From Catajapyx aquilonaris (Eukaryota): a stretch of 64,000 nt of DNA. The DNA lies in assembly GCA_000934665.2 (NCBI GenBank), contig JYFJ02001036.1:1-64000 (forward strand), in the 5' to 3' direction. This document shows, in pieces, positions 12,608-26,900 of the stretch (positions within the stretch are counted from its first letter, which is position 1; every line of letters begins with the position of its first letter). The notes beneath the pieces are model-generated. The model saw only the letters and a program-made list of their open reading frames with translations. It had not been told where the DNA came from and searched no databases. A program made the translations under genes and the position numbers.

Positions 12608-15179
12608 AAACAGAGGAAATTAATACCGTAGGGAGCTACTCATCTATAGAAGTAGAGTTGATATCCTAGTTAAAAGTGGCATCACATGATGCAGAGGGTA
12701 AAATATATGCAATTTGAATTATTCCCAGGGTCACCACTAGTCTATTTCCTCTACTGTCAATGATATAAATGGTCATAAAGCACTCAGGTCCGGAATGCTA
12801 TTTTAGAAACCTTTAGAAATATTTAATTCGTAATTGAATTTTCAATTGGCTCTGTCAGAACATCTGACGGTGACAGAACTCGTGGTACCTATAGTGAATC
12901 TAGAAAACGAAACTGCATGTTAAAGATAGTTTCGGATTAATAATAAATTATGATGTTGCGTCATTTCATCAAAAGGTGGTTATTGCATATTTTCGGAAGT
13001 AACAATTTTATCTAGATTTGACAAAGAAGCACTTGCAAATTGTGTATTTTTTTTTGGATCAAGGAGTTGATAAGAACGATACTTAACAACATGAGAAATT
13101 ATTGCAGCTTCATTTCATCCCACAATGACATTAACAAACGTGTAAAGTTCATCCCTAAAAATTAATGCTGCAGTTAAATTATTATGCAACCACCATCTCA
13201 GCTTCCGTGACAAGTGCCAACCCTTTTCCAACATCCAAGTACCAGCTAAATCATTCTATTATAAGCGCAACCCTTCTAAGCACTGCACGTGTCAAAAACA
13301 TCCAAATGAATAAATTAAGGTCAGTAAAATAATAAATCCCTTGCCCCTCGAGTTTCAAAGAAGGCAGAATCTAGAGAGAGCCAATTTCACATCGTGACAG
13401 GGAAATGTGTCTCCTCTATTGTCCTGGGATAATCTCTCGACATCCTTGACCTTACAAGTGTCGCATCTTTTCTCTCTAAAACCATTCGCATGTAACGTTA
13501 GAAAGGCATCCATCAGACGACATTGTGCTACAGGACGTCTTTTCCCCTTCCTATAGTCTCACATAACGTCATATATTTTCCTCAGGGAAATGAAAACTTC
13601 AAGAGCAGAAAGGAGAAACTACAGGGGGGGTTTGGAGTCAAAAAGTAGCAAAAAAATAGTATTGGTTGGCAGCAAGAGAAGTCCAAGCGGACCAATAGAA
13701 ACTATCTGAGACTTATTGACTGTGCGCGGATCGTACCTGCGCGGATGAATGTACTATAGCTGTATACCCCCCACGCCCTCCCATAGACCCACCCACTTCG
13801 GAACTGCCCCTATATACTACACTCAACCCTTTACCCAACTATACTACCCCCAACCGCCCCTATGCTGGCTGGGCGCCCTTGTCCCCAAAATTGCGGCCAC
13901 ACCGAGCAGTCGCAGCAGCGGTACGGTGCCAGCACCACCACCATCATCAACCGTGGGATGGAACCGAAGGACCGTCCGGAAGGGTGCTGCTGCCGTGCTG
14001 CATTGAAATAAGTGGCCAATGGTTAGTCCCGCTTCGTAGAGCTCTGTTTGTACCTGCTTGACCTTTTCCGCTGATGGCTATTGTTCAATGGAGGTATCAC
14101 GGTATGTCAAAGGTGGAGCAGGTTGTTTCAATGGTGGGGGGGAAAGACACGTGATTTGAGCCGTGGGGTATGTCGTGACTGCCGATTTCCTGAATGAAGT
14201 TCATGGATATTCATGCTCTAGCTGTGACCTCAAACACAATGATTATGCGGTCAAGACTGATGGAAATCAGATGGGTGATCAATATACGCACATTTGGGGT
14301 GGATTTAATATATTGGTTTAGTTTTCACAGAATGTGTCAAATTGGTGTCGAACGCATTTTAAATGGGGAGTCTAAAAATAAGCGAGTAATCAAACCTGTG
14401 ATTTGCAGATTGCATGCATGTATTTTGCACATCGCATGACAACTGCAAACATCAATATGGGAGAAAACTTCTTTGCGCACATATACACTTTTTTTTTCTT
14501 ATGGCAGAGAAGTTTGAGGAGTGTTGTTGGAGGAATGCCAGTGTCTAAGAGAAAAAGTATTTGTTCCAAGGTTAAATGCAATCGAAAAGTTTCCGTGACT
14601 ATCGAAAGCACTTCAACAGACCTAATGAAATGATGGAACGACTAAAATATACACCGTGCCAACACTTTTGCAGGGTCATGGTCTACACATGAACCTATAG
14701 AAAAAGGCAACAGGCACACCTTTCAGGCTAATAGAGCAGTTCTCTAGTCGAGCGATTAATATCTTGAAACTGCAATGACATAAAGCTGAATAGGGGAAGT
14801 CTCCAGGAAACTTCCACGCCGATTCAAAGTTTGACAGCATCCTCCAAATTGAAAACCTGAAATGCGGAACTATCACTGCAATATAACGATTTTGAGATAC
14901 GACAGTTTGAAGTTTGACGACTCTCGTAGTCTATCCATATCGGATCGTTTTTATTTCAAACTTTTTCAAGATAGCTCTAGCAGAAAACTTATCTGTCCAT
15001 GCTGCAAGTATCCGAAAAATAACAGCCCAAAACCAAATTAATGTCAAATTTCTGTGTTTCAGATATTCAATGAATGTTACAAAAAAAAACACCACTTTCG
15101 ATGTTGTCTTTCAGTAATGTTGCACGTAATGAAATGGGATGCCCAATGCCACAGTTGAGGAAAAGCGTGTACATGATGA

Positions 15180-15540
15180 GGCATATGCATGCATGCACAC
15201 TGCGACAATTTGTGCCACCCTCTGCGGTTAGCTTCGGGAGAGGGTAGAATAAACATCTTTACACAGCCTTGGCTTGTGGTAACAGCAGGAGAGAAGCAGT
15301 GAACCTCAATGTTATACTATATTTACGCCTGCACTTCCGAATCAGGCCTCCAGTATACCCCATGCTGCAAGTTGGGATATCTGCGGTTTGTAGTGGGCGT
15401 CTGGGGATTCCTCTTTGTATGCGGTGCAAACACTTTAAATATTCAACACTGACTTCCCGCCTTGCAACTATTCGCAAGTTCAATACTTTGGTGTTTAATG
15501 GCTCTCCAATGGTAATACGTGCCAATTCTGCTGCCATGTA
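15180..15540 (-). mobile_element. Degenerate Penelope-like element fragment (linker/GIY-YIG region)
   Basis: NLRIVARREVSV...PTCSMGY...KCRRKYS...RCL resembles the Penelope NLK.VA.R..V.V...C..GVVY.IP..CG..YIG...RCL pattern; disrupted by a stop. Confidence 0.35.
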
Positions 15541-18500
15541 CTTAGGTGAGAGGATAAATTATTGCTAGTTTTACTGTAGACGTGGCCTTTTGAATGACTA
15601 TAGAGAGCATGAGCTTGTTGAGTAATGACCACACCGGAGGTTGGAGGATATCGTGGTTCTTGCTTGATGCGAACTCAAATGAAGCATACAGCACTGATAG
15701 TTATCACTATGGCCAGCTGCGGTCTATTATTCAATAATTATGGTAAGTAACCTATATATTCACCAAGAAAAACCTGTGCCGATATGCATTGCATGCTGTT
15801 CTTGAATAAACATGTCAGGGAATTGATTGCCGATAATATGATCAGAATATGGAATCAAATATCTCTCTAGCGAGCCTCCGCCTAAATATAAAATAATATT
15901 GTATTCACTTGGATATTGCTACAAGAGATGGCAGCAGCAATATATCCAGTGTCCACCCCTTTGCATTATAGCGTGACAATGAGACGTGGCAAAGATAACA
16001 TGAGGCACGATTAGCGACGAAATTGCTCCCCAAAGGGAAATGATATCGTAAGCAAACGTAAGAAATAAATTAATTGCAGCTCGGCAAGTGAGTTTTATGA
16101 TTGGCACCCAAGTATGCGTAGGCCTATACATCATTCAGGCATACGTCCTCGGGCATCAGCACATATTGCCCTAACTTGACGCCGGGTATAATTATCTTAC
16201 AGGTGTGTCCGGAATTGAAAATAATGCTATCATGAAGGCTTCGACTGTTAATAAAAGTATAGCAGTGATAAATTGCACTATACGCCTACTAAGGTAACGA
16301 ACTTGAGAGAGCGCTCTTGAAGGTTCAGTGTGGTGCTAAAAGAGCAATAAAGAAGCAGATTTTCAAACAGGTGGCACAACTGTAGTCCCTTGGGTACTTG
16401 GAGAATGGCGTAGCACAAATCCGAGTGGGTCCCAAAACGAACACTTGACGTGCGATTACGTCCCAAGATAGGATCCAAAATCTCCTAAATTAACATACTG
16501 ACGCAGTCTTGCTTCAGGCATTCCCAAGGAATCCATAAATCAAGCTGAGCTGGCCCAATCAGTTAATACACTTTAAACAAGTGTATAAACAAAATTAAGA
16601 AAAATTGTCAACGATGTGTAACACTCTTATGACCATACATTTGCACATGAACATTTCTTTTTAATTAGCTTTGATAAACCGGCCATGAAAGGGAACTAAT
16701 AAGCACAAAATTCTCCACCTGTTACTCATTCAGCTTACGTAATAAGTCCTTTTTACGGAAAAGTTTTACCCTGGCTACCTTTTAATGAACAGCAGTCTAC
16801 CGGTTGCAGTCATTGCCTGCTTCCTGCATGGTTCCCGCACAGTCGACAAGAAAAATGGCATTTCTCAGAACTCCACTGACTATAGCGCATAAGTGAACTT
16901 CTATTTCAGTCCAGGATCAGGAAAATTATCATTTGTACCTAGTCAAGGACGGACGTCAGCAGAAGCAATTTGTTCAGGTCGCGCACATTGCATATACGTA
17001 GCTACAGAGGAATTTGCACGGCAGACCGAGCCTTCTCTCAGGGTTATTATAACTAGAAAGCTTCTCTCGGGTTACTCTACTGGAAAGAAAACTGTATACG
17101 CTTCTAATTAGATTTCTCATTAAAGATCAACTATTCCATCATAGCCATGGATGGCCAAAGTCAATACCGGAATTTCAGTTGTTTTAACTGAGCGCACTGC
17201 ATCATTTTGTGCGTAGGCGTATACATTACTTGTTTCACTTGAGAATGTTTCGGAATAATATTTACACAGTTTGCACCAACGCTTCTTCGTATAAACATGC
17301 ACTCCACGAGAGGGTCGACCGAACTTGTACGTGCCTGTGGCGCATCGTAAAATCCTATCTCGAGTGTGACCCCAGGGGTAAATATTTACCGGAGTACATT
17401 GACACCTCTCACTGGAAGCGTTATTCACGTGTCAGCAGTGACCGGCAGTGAAAAAGTCCACGCTGTATATCGCAGTTTCCCATCAGCAAGTATACATGAG
17501 CATGAAAATAAACTGAGTTATCTGCGTTAAAAAGTGTGGCTCGCTCTCAGCCTGGATTATATTCTCTTTGTTCCACAACGAAAATGCCACAAACAGTGGA
17601 AACATGTTCCGCTGCAGCTCCCGCTCGGCATGGTGCAATATCTATAATGGAGCGTAGTTGCAAAGCAGAGCAGAACTCAAATGCTACTTCGTCGCAACAT
17701 AGGTTTCGTTGCTTTTCCGCCATTCAAAATTAATCCGATTTGTGCCAGACATGTCAGTTTACGATTTCATATACAGGGGAGGTACAAAAATATATTACTT
17801 TTATGATCTTTCCCTGGAAAAATTATCCATAAAGAGCAGTTAGTTAATGTTCCTGAAATGCCCTCATCTGGTGTTTAAAACATATAGAGCTATAACACGA
17901 CTGGAGAGGTTCCGGCGTCATTTCAAATTCCCATACCGTGAATGCTCACCAAAATTAAAATCGTGAGAGAAACTGCTCGGCTGTTCCTTTTTAGTTAGAA
18001 CGTAAAAGTATAGCAGCAGTAACTTCATGCCAGCCTAATTCAACGTTACTCTTGTGTAATTCATGCCTGCCCGTTTTGTGTCGAGTGACTCTAAAGTGAC
18101 TGTAGATCACTTTTGACCTACCATGAAGGTTAATGTTTTAAACTACAACTGCCTAATATTAATTATGTTCATTCCTGAAAATTGTGCATAGATTTTCTTC
18201 CTGTTTCCCAATATGAGCATTTAGCTTACTATTGCGAAAATGATAAATAAAAGTAGCCGACCAAATATTTCTCCGAACGTTTGCAGTAGGCCTACAATTG
18301 CAGACACTAATGTAAGTGCCCATCTGAAGAGGAACTGAGAAAATCGACCTTTTTAATCATATGGTGAATATTTGAATCTTATGATGTAATGTTTCTGTGA
18401 TAGTAACCCAGAGCATAGATTCATCACCACACAGTTGAAATATGTTGCTCGAGACATAAACTTCTGTATATATACTATATTATACTCTACGTCGTGTTTT

Positions 18501-20987
18501 TATACTGGCATGTGCGGGAAGACAAACGGAAGACGAGCTATTTTGGAAACGGCATTCCGTTCAGTAGTCACGATTCATAGTCACGATCGGTCACTATAGA
18601 CAACAAAAATTGGTGACTGTCAAAAGTGGATTTTCGGCCATTTTTCAATTTGGCTGTTTAATAATATTGTTCTTCGTTGCATGATGTCTGTAGGTCCTAT
18701 AATTATGCTTACTAGACACTCGTTCCTTATCAAATCCGCGGAAATTGATGGAATGATAAAATTATGCAGTATTAGAAAAACTACCTGCTCCTTCCTCTTG
18801 AACCAGAAGTACAGGAGCAGAAAGTACTTTCCTGGTCCCAGGCCACGGCAACCTCACAGACCACCCGTGGTCTGTGAGGTTGCCCTTCTTTCAATTTTTT
18901 AACAGCGAAATTACTTCAGTTGATTTGGGATTGCGGCTCTATCACAGAGCAAATTGCGTGTCGTGACCATCACGGATAACATCTTGATATGCCACTGGAA
19001 TGCAAGTGGCATGGCTGGAAAGAGCCACGGGAGGAGAATATTGCATATCATCAACGTTGTGAAAGATGGAAATGGAACAGAAGCCGCTAAAAACAGCTAC
19101 AACATTAATTTGTGCCTTTCAATTTCGAAAGAAACCTGCTGGGAGGATATGGGCACATTTTTCCAGGTGACTGTACCACCCGCAGGATCATTCGTGCGCT
19201 TGAGCGCCAACATCCCTTTATGACTAATCCCATTGCACCACACATGTGAAAATGCATGTTTGGATTCCCCACGAGTGCCTATAGTGTCGCAATGTCCCCC
19301 AGCTAAAATGCTCCCCATCCCGAAACCATTGGCCAGAAGTAATTGCAGCTAAATATATCGTGCCGAATCGAGCCTTGAGGGGGGTCGGAGAACCCATTGT
19401 GGCCTTTACCGTATGCATACAGGCGACTCCTATCGACAAGCTAGCTCCGGGCAGGGCGGCCTTTATCGCCGTCCCATTAAATTACATGGAGGTTGTAATT
19501 TGGTAGAGACCTGCGTCGTCCCATCCCGCCGATTGCATTATCCGGCGGCCACATTTGGCACCCGGAACCTCTCCTCCATAAGTCCCTGGCAATCAGCTTC
19601 AAACTGTCCGTCTCCATATTTCCTCTCCCGTAGGGACCAACGGTGGCCCCAATTTTCCAGACCCCGACAATTTTGCAGAGTGCACGACAAGTGACACAAT
19701 ATCAGAATAAGTCAGGCCGGGATAGACCAAGGTCGCAACACGCGTGAGCTGTGCAAAAAGCATTTTGATCGGCCAACGTGATTTATCCCTGATTGGACCT
19801 GGCACGCAAGCCAAGCCGAGAACCTAGCCTTATCGCCAACTCAAGACACACGTGAGCCACCCTTGGCCATGATCGGAGACATTTTCTTTTCTGCACGATT
19901 TATTATTGCGCTGCCCACACACCCGCAGCAATCCGGGTGTTAATCCGCATAATCGCTCATAAATTACAGGGTGCTACTGGTGGTGCTGATGGGCTCGAGA
20001 AGTGGTCTCAAGTGCACTTGTTGAGCCCACCAGCAACCTAACTCGATCTATCCGGAGCACTCCGGGCTCTACCTAAAATCGATGTTCATCCGGAGCTGGG
20101 GAAATGCTCTCTAGAGATGGATTGGTGGGTCCAATTTGCTTGGTCTTTTACCTCCATGTCAACTGTCGCCACAGCCATCCTCTACAATCGGAATGTGCTT
20201 TATTCCCACGTCCTCTTCGTCATGGGCCTCGAAACAACTGGATTGCGCTAATTGGAACGTCGCACTCGAATGGGTGCAATTAGTTCCAGTGCAGAAGTGG
20301 GTCGAACTAGTTATTGGATGACTATTTTTGGTAGGTGACTTCATTTGCTGGAGGGAGTAATTTACTGGCGTTAACAGGAGTGTTTCGATTTTTCAGTGGG
20401 ACAAGTCCCGTTTTGCGTCGCAAATTCTGGCAAAGTAGCTGAATAATTAACTGTTCCAATTATGGCGTTTTGATGCATCGTTTAGATCAGATGAAACGCA
20501 GGGTGATGTAGGTTTTGTTGAAACTGAGCCGCAGGGAAATAACACTTGCTAGAGTGCATATCGACCCGTCAAGTTGGCTGCACACAGTCATATAGTGTCG
20601 GGAGAAGCATAATGTCCAAGTGGATATTCATACAGACGAGAATATCCCAGCACCTCATCCCTATTTCCATAAAATCACTTGGAAGTGAGATCCACTTTCC
20701 ATCATCAGCAACCTAATGAATTCCACGAGCAATATGGCCATTAACTGATTACTTTTTTGCCCTAAGGAACTTTGCATGTTTTTAGAACATTGTACTGTAC
20801 TATTACAGCTTCAAAATAATTCCATGCATGTTTCAGCAAATCCCTTAATTAGGTACCGGTATAGAGTATGGCTGCATCAGTTTACAATGACAGTGTTATC
20901 CTCTATTTCAGCATCTGCGAGGTGGTGTGATGCTGGGCAAGAAGTGTCGAAGGATGAGGAAGAGATAGAAGAGGGCCGGCCGGCGGG

Positions 20988-23900
20988 ATGGGTGAAGAGG
21001 GGCCTCGAGATACCGCGGGCAGCCGGGGTTCCATCACCACCATCTTCAACCCCAGCGGTAAAGGGACGTCAGGGAAGCGCGGCTCTGGAGCGGGACAGGG
21101 GCTGATAAGCAAGACGCCCAGCATTGTGGTCACGGACGACTCGGCAGCCGCCACGCCCACGGGCCAGAAGAAGGAGCAGGCCCGGGGCGGGGGAGGAAAA
21201 GGCCGAGGGCACCACCAACAGAAACAGCAGCATGGGGACGCCGGAGTCGGACAGGGGCAGCCGGGGCAGGGGCAGCCCACGGGCAGGCAGCACGCCCCAC
21301 CCTTAGCCAACGGACCCAACTCCAGGACCAACACCAGCCTCTCCCTCCACGCCCACATGGACGGAGACCCTTCTGCCAACAGGACCGCCAACAATGCCGG
21401 TCAGTCATTACAAGTTCCTAGCACACGGGCTCATCCTGGGAAGTAGATTAACCTCAATTGCCTCACCGGTTGCACAGATTTCAGGCGCTGACTGCCCTGT
21501 CGTGTCGAACCCGAATCGACTTTCCAGTAAATTCGCACCATCGTAACTTGCGAAATCATGCGATTTGTCGCCAAGAATTAGACGCCAAGTGCACTATACT
21601 GCCGCATAACACGCCACCCATTTTTTTTGTCTCCTCTTTTTGATATCATATGCACTGGGGGTTGAATGAGGCCATGTGCTACCCCCACCCTTCGGACCTC
21701 CCACCCTGGCACTCCCAGAGAGTCTTCTTTTTATCTGGTATTGACCCCAAGTTTAGGGGCCGAACAATCGATCACCCTTTCTTCTCTACCTGGCCTGCCT
21801 TCCATGTGCATGGACTTGAGTAGTGGGGGAGGTGGGGCGGATGAAAAATGCAAGCTTGGGCTTGGCTTAGGGGCGCTGCTTTCCTCGTTGGCTGATAAAT
21901 GAACTACGGGTATTCGGACAGACCGCAGTCCACTGGTGATTGTGTGTCAGTGTTGTGGCCATCTGCCCACAAAGTGACACACGCGGATCACGGGTCCGAC
22001 GGTGGTGTTGTGGTGGAGGTTACACTTATTCGGGAGTGCCGGTGATTATTTTCCGTTTGTATTTGCCGAATTATTTTGGGTGATCTTACTTTTTAAAGTT
22101 TTACGGTGAAATTTGAAAAACTGTCTGTTTGTTGGTACAGTACTGTAGGTGCCCTGAGGCAGCAAAAAACTCGTTAGTAATTTTGAACTCTTCATCAATC
22201 AAGTTTCAAAGTTGAAAACCAATTGAAATAAGTTTTACACAAATTTGCACACCTGCAAATGTTAAATGTTGAGTTTTTATTCAGAAGCCTAAACCGACAC
22301 TTGCATTATGTGTTAAGTTCTAAAAAAAATCGCATCGTGAATCACTCATGAGTCGTGACAAACGCGTTGTTTACGGAATCATGCTTCCTTCTACAGAGAA
22401 AGTTAATATCGACCTAGTGTAGGTCATAAATGAGTTTATTTTGTCAACTTGATTTTCGATCAGTGGCGAATGACGTAGGAAAAAACTATCGCTCCTGTCT
22501 CTCAAATGTCAATCACTTTCTCCTTATACGCAAAATAACATTGCATCATCATTGGTCTCGAAGAACTCGTACAACACCTTTAGTTAAATACATATTGAGT
22601 AATGTTCTCTCCTACTAATTTAGTACTTTATCGCGATGTACTTGACAGGTATGCGACTAACTGACACCATCGGAAAATAGCACGCGCGAGCGTATCGTGT
22701 AGTAACGGTTCCTTATTTGTCATTTGAGTTGGAATTTAGGTGGCGGCTTAAGAAATTTCCACGACATGAAACCGCGAAGTATAATTATTATAACACTGCA
22801 TTATTGGTTTTTTAACATTCTCCCTTTGTGCCAAAGTCTAGCCTACTGTACTGCACAAAAAATTTCTGGCTGTGTATTGTCATAGACGAAGATAGGCTGA
22901 CGCCACATTTATTCTTGACAATCAAAAACCTCAGTAGTACCTTCATTACTTTCAGATTATGACACTTATTTTAAATTGCCTTCAGACTTTGAAACTGGAT
23001 GAATATCATCAAAATCCTCCTCTAGAAACGCTCGCCAGCTGTTCAGCCCCGAAATGATATCCTCCCAGCGGGGACGTCACTTTCCTCTAAAAGTGTTCAC
23101 CTGCAAAATAACAGGCCCGACAGGAATCCATTAGCGCGAAATATGGCGGAACCCTCGAAGCGCATCGACTGCCTTTGTCCCCTTCCCCTGCAATAGACAC
23201 GTACTCCAAGTGATGTAGCGTATAACCATATGTGCCTCAATGGCGGTGAGTTCTTCGGTGTGCTCAGGAGGAGGATCGGACGTAGAAGGTGAGGACTTGC
23301 CAATGAATGCACCTTTCCCTCTCCCTACTTTGAAACCCGCGTCATCTGCTATACACGCGAATCACCCATTTCTTAGGGAGACGCCGGAAGCCGTTGGCTT
23401 CCCATGCGTGGACATGACCATGCACGACATCCACACGCTCTCCACTCCCTTTCGATGCTGCTCCCTTCGCCTCCCCCATCATTTCCCACATATTGATAAA
23501 ATGATTTTGGGGCCGCTCTCAAGGTGTATTACGCTCACCCTGTCCCGGATTTTAATGGACGACCACTACTGCAACCACTCTGCTTAACGACATTAATGCC
23601 TCACTGCAGCAACTCTAGAAGGTCCCGTACTCACAGCTGCAGCGGCAATCACAAGAAAGCTGCCATGGGTGTAGCAAAGGGCCGGTGGACATGCACCACT
23701 CGGGTCTAACATTTATGATCATTGAGCATCAATTATTATCCATTGCGACATCAGATTCATCAGAAATGTTTCTCTCGTCTCAGACGACATCTTCTTTAGA
23801 GACATGTGTAGAGCCAAGTGTATAGACATAGAAATGCGGATTTTTTCTGTTGATTCTTCCGAGCTTAAGCCGGATTTATTGGGTTTGACTGGCCTTGCGG

Positions 23901-26900
23901 AGAGATCATCCTCAGTGAACTTTACGTCTCTCTTTTTTCGAATCCACTGAGAGAGCTTGGATGTTTCAGAACTAACCAAGCGATGGTTATTCGGTCGGAA
24001 ACTGTTCCCATGGCTTCACATGCCCTTCATGCATGGCCAGTTATCAAACAAAATCAAAGAGTCTGTAATAACCCGGTGGAATAAAAAGCGCGGACATTCG
24101 CAGATTGAATAAAACGAGGCGAAGTGTGCAGACCGTTGCATGCAAGTGCATGAATGACATTTTAAGCTCAAACAAGTCCTAACGACCAAAGTGAAATATG
24201 CACTTTTCCTTTGAAGGCCCTACTCTTCAAGCGAGGATACTCGTGCAACCTTATAACAAAGTTCCGCGAAATAATTTTTGTTGCGAACCACATTTACGCG
24301 TCTTATCGAGCCTTTCCTGATTGGTATCTGAAAGGTTGCTAAGAGGAAAACTTTGAGCATGCAAAAATCTAAGGCCTCAAACGCCTGTTTAAATTTGCGT
24401 GACCAAGTAACTTCGCCGCGGTTGGCCGAGTTCTCTCCTTGAATATTCTGATGCGCGAATGAAAATTGCGTTTTTCACTAGCTGGTTCTGCTGGAACATG
24501 TAGCACACAGTATTATTTCCATAGGCAGCTCGTATTGCCAGGACTAGTTCATTTCCTGGCGGCAATTTGCATGTTGATGAGGACGAGATTGGAAATATGA
24601 GCCCAGCCACTTCTATCCTTTTGCTCCAATTTACACTGGCAATTCAATTATCGGAGAGGGCTGAAGGCCATTCAGGATGCACTATCGTGTACTCTATTGT
24701 CTTTGACAGGTACGCCTTCTTCGGTCGACAGCAACACCGACAAGCCGCAGCGGCTCCAAAAGCTCAAGAAGGTCATCGTCTCACACAAAACCAGAAAGGT
24801 CGGTATTACTCTTTATAACTACTGTGATGCGCCTAATGATTGCAAACTAATGGCATCATGTCTATCTCCGTGTACAGTACATGCCATAAAATTAATTAGT
24901 TCTCCTCACTGAGGTCACTAATAGAGGAAATGAGAAGCTATATCGTAATCCATCCCGGAATCTAGATTCATTAATATTGTAACTTTTAAACACGGAATGA
25001 AAATGGTGTGCGTGAGATTCATTATGATGTGAACACAATGGGCCAGTTTGAGCTATTGTGGTTGAACGGATGCAAAAAAAAAAAAATAATGACCTTTTCG
25101 GTTGCTCAGATAATGGAGAAACAAAAGTCAACATGACTTGTTCATTACTGAAACACCTGAATGCTCAATTATGAGCACCAGTCCGCGTCGAAGCTGAACA
25201 AACTATGTTGGTGAAAACTCAGGGAAAACTTCTATTGCAGGCAGCACTAGCTAAAATCAATCGTCATTGTCTGGTTGGTAGCATTAACATATCTTATGGC
25301 TTAAGAGCATGGGCAACCTATGTGAAAATACTGTTCGAAGGACAAGGAAGACAAGGTCTCTTTTCCTCTATTTTCCTCTATTGTGTTGTAGGTGTTGGTA
25401 TAGCTGGAGTGGGAAGGGTATAGAGTTTCATTCTGTTCGTGTTCCAGACTCGTCGTGCGACCGCACGCCTCTTGTCAATACTTCGTACATTTCGTCAGGG
25501 CTGCAAAGCAGTCTAGAATAAACAGACGGACATGAATAGGTGTTCCAATAATAGAGCACTGGTTGTTACTTCCGCTCCAATTAATGTATGGCAGGGCGGA
25601 ATGTGTGCTATTATAGGTTTACAAACTCTGCATCTGAATGAACAAACAAATAATGCAAATACTCCTGCTAATTAATTTTACATGGCCTGAAAAAATACGA
25701 TACAATTAGTACGCAGCAGTTCCGCAGTTAAGATATCTGATAACTGATGAGTTTTTACTCATGTGGTGCGACAAGCACATAAATCCTATACATTCACATG
25801 GATTTTTTTTTGTAAAAATAATAACATTGGTCAAAAAATATCTTCGAAAAGTCACAGCATGTATGACCATTTGATCTCTAGGTCACTAATTACTAATCTA
25901 TACTAGACAAGTAGTTAATGAACGCTAGTGCTCGTCACCTGCACTATAAATTGTGCTGTACATGGTACGGTAATTAAATGCATGGTACTGCATTGGCCAG
26001 TGAGATCAAAGTAACACCTTAAGTCTTACGACATGCAAACGCCGGTTTTTGTTCATATACCGGTACGCAAAGTGCAGCAGGTGATCAATCTCTCCTGCGA
26101 CTGACTGTGAGTTGTACAGAGACGTGCCAGGATCGAAAATGGTCACATCATCATTCTTTCTAAATATCGGAAAATGCTTTTTTTTCTCACGCTGCCTTGG
26201 CCCAATATTAGACTTAACAGTCATGCTTTCAGTGAGCAGCCCTATGTTTTGCATCATATCAATAAGAGGAAAGTAAATAAAAAGCTAGTGTTTACTCCAG
26301 CAGCAAGAAAAACAGCAGCTTCGGATTAACTCCCGTGATCATATTGCACATATGGCCTCACTTACTCTCACAAAGCTATACACTTTTATTCCAGTCACTA
26401 TTCTCTGCCAGCTCAATCACAATAATTTTTAATCATTTCTTGCCACAGAACCCGTACCTTTGAAATAATCTTGCTTATACTAACACTGATGTAAGGTTAC
26501 CGCGACTCACAATCAGCTAAATTATCGCAGCAACTCTACCAAAAATAGAGAGTCTTGATTCACAGGGGAACTAGATGAATGTTTCATAAGGGGAATGTGC
26601 AGCCTTCACTCCCAGAAAAGAAAAAATAACACGTTTTCATGCAAGGCTGTCCCCAATGAACCGAAACAATCAGGAGAGCAGTTTCCATTGTACTGTACAG
26701 TACGTATATACAAAAACCTTGAATGCCATCTTTCAGAAACAATTACTCTGCACATACTACATGTCCCCTGTGCAATAACACCTTCTATAAATAATTGCAC
26801 CGAGAGGCTCAATTGAGCCCAACTTTTAATCACATGATCGCAATTGTGTGCCATCATTCCAAAATGTGGGCCAAAGTTCCCCCAAGGGGTCGGTCCTCAG

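Noticed and set aside
16278..16478. Weak resemblance to the LINE RT GVPQG region
   Set aside because: Too degenerate to call.
20776..21408. Several overlapping ORFs on both strands
   Set aside because: Shadow frames of the GC-rich SLC35F first coding exon.
23040..23979. Coding-looking - strand stretches (possible retroelement ORF1 remnant)
   Set aside because: Fragmented, with no diagnostic motif I can name; needs BLASTX.
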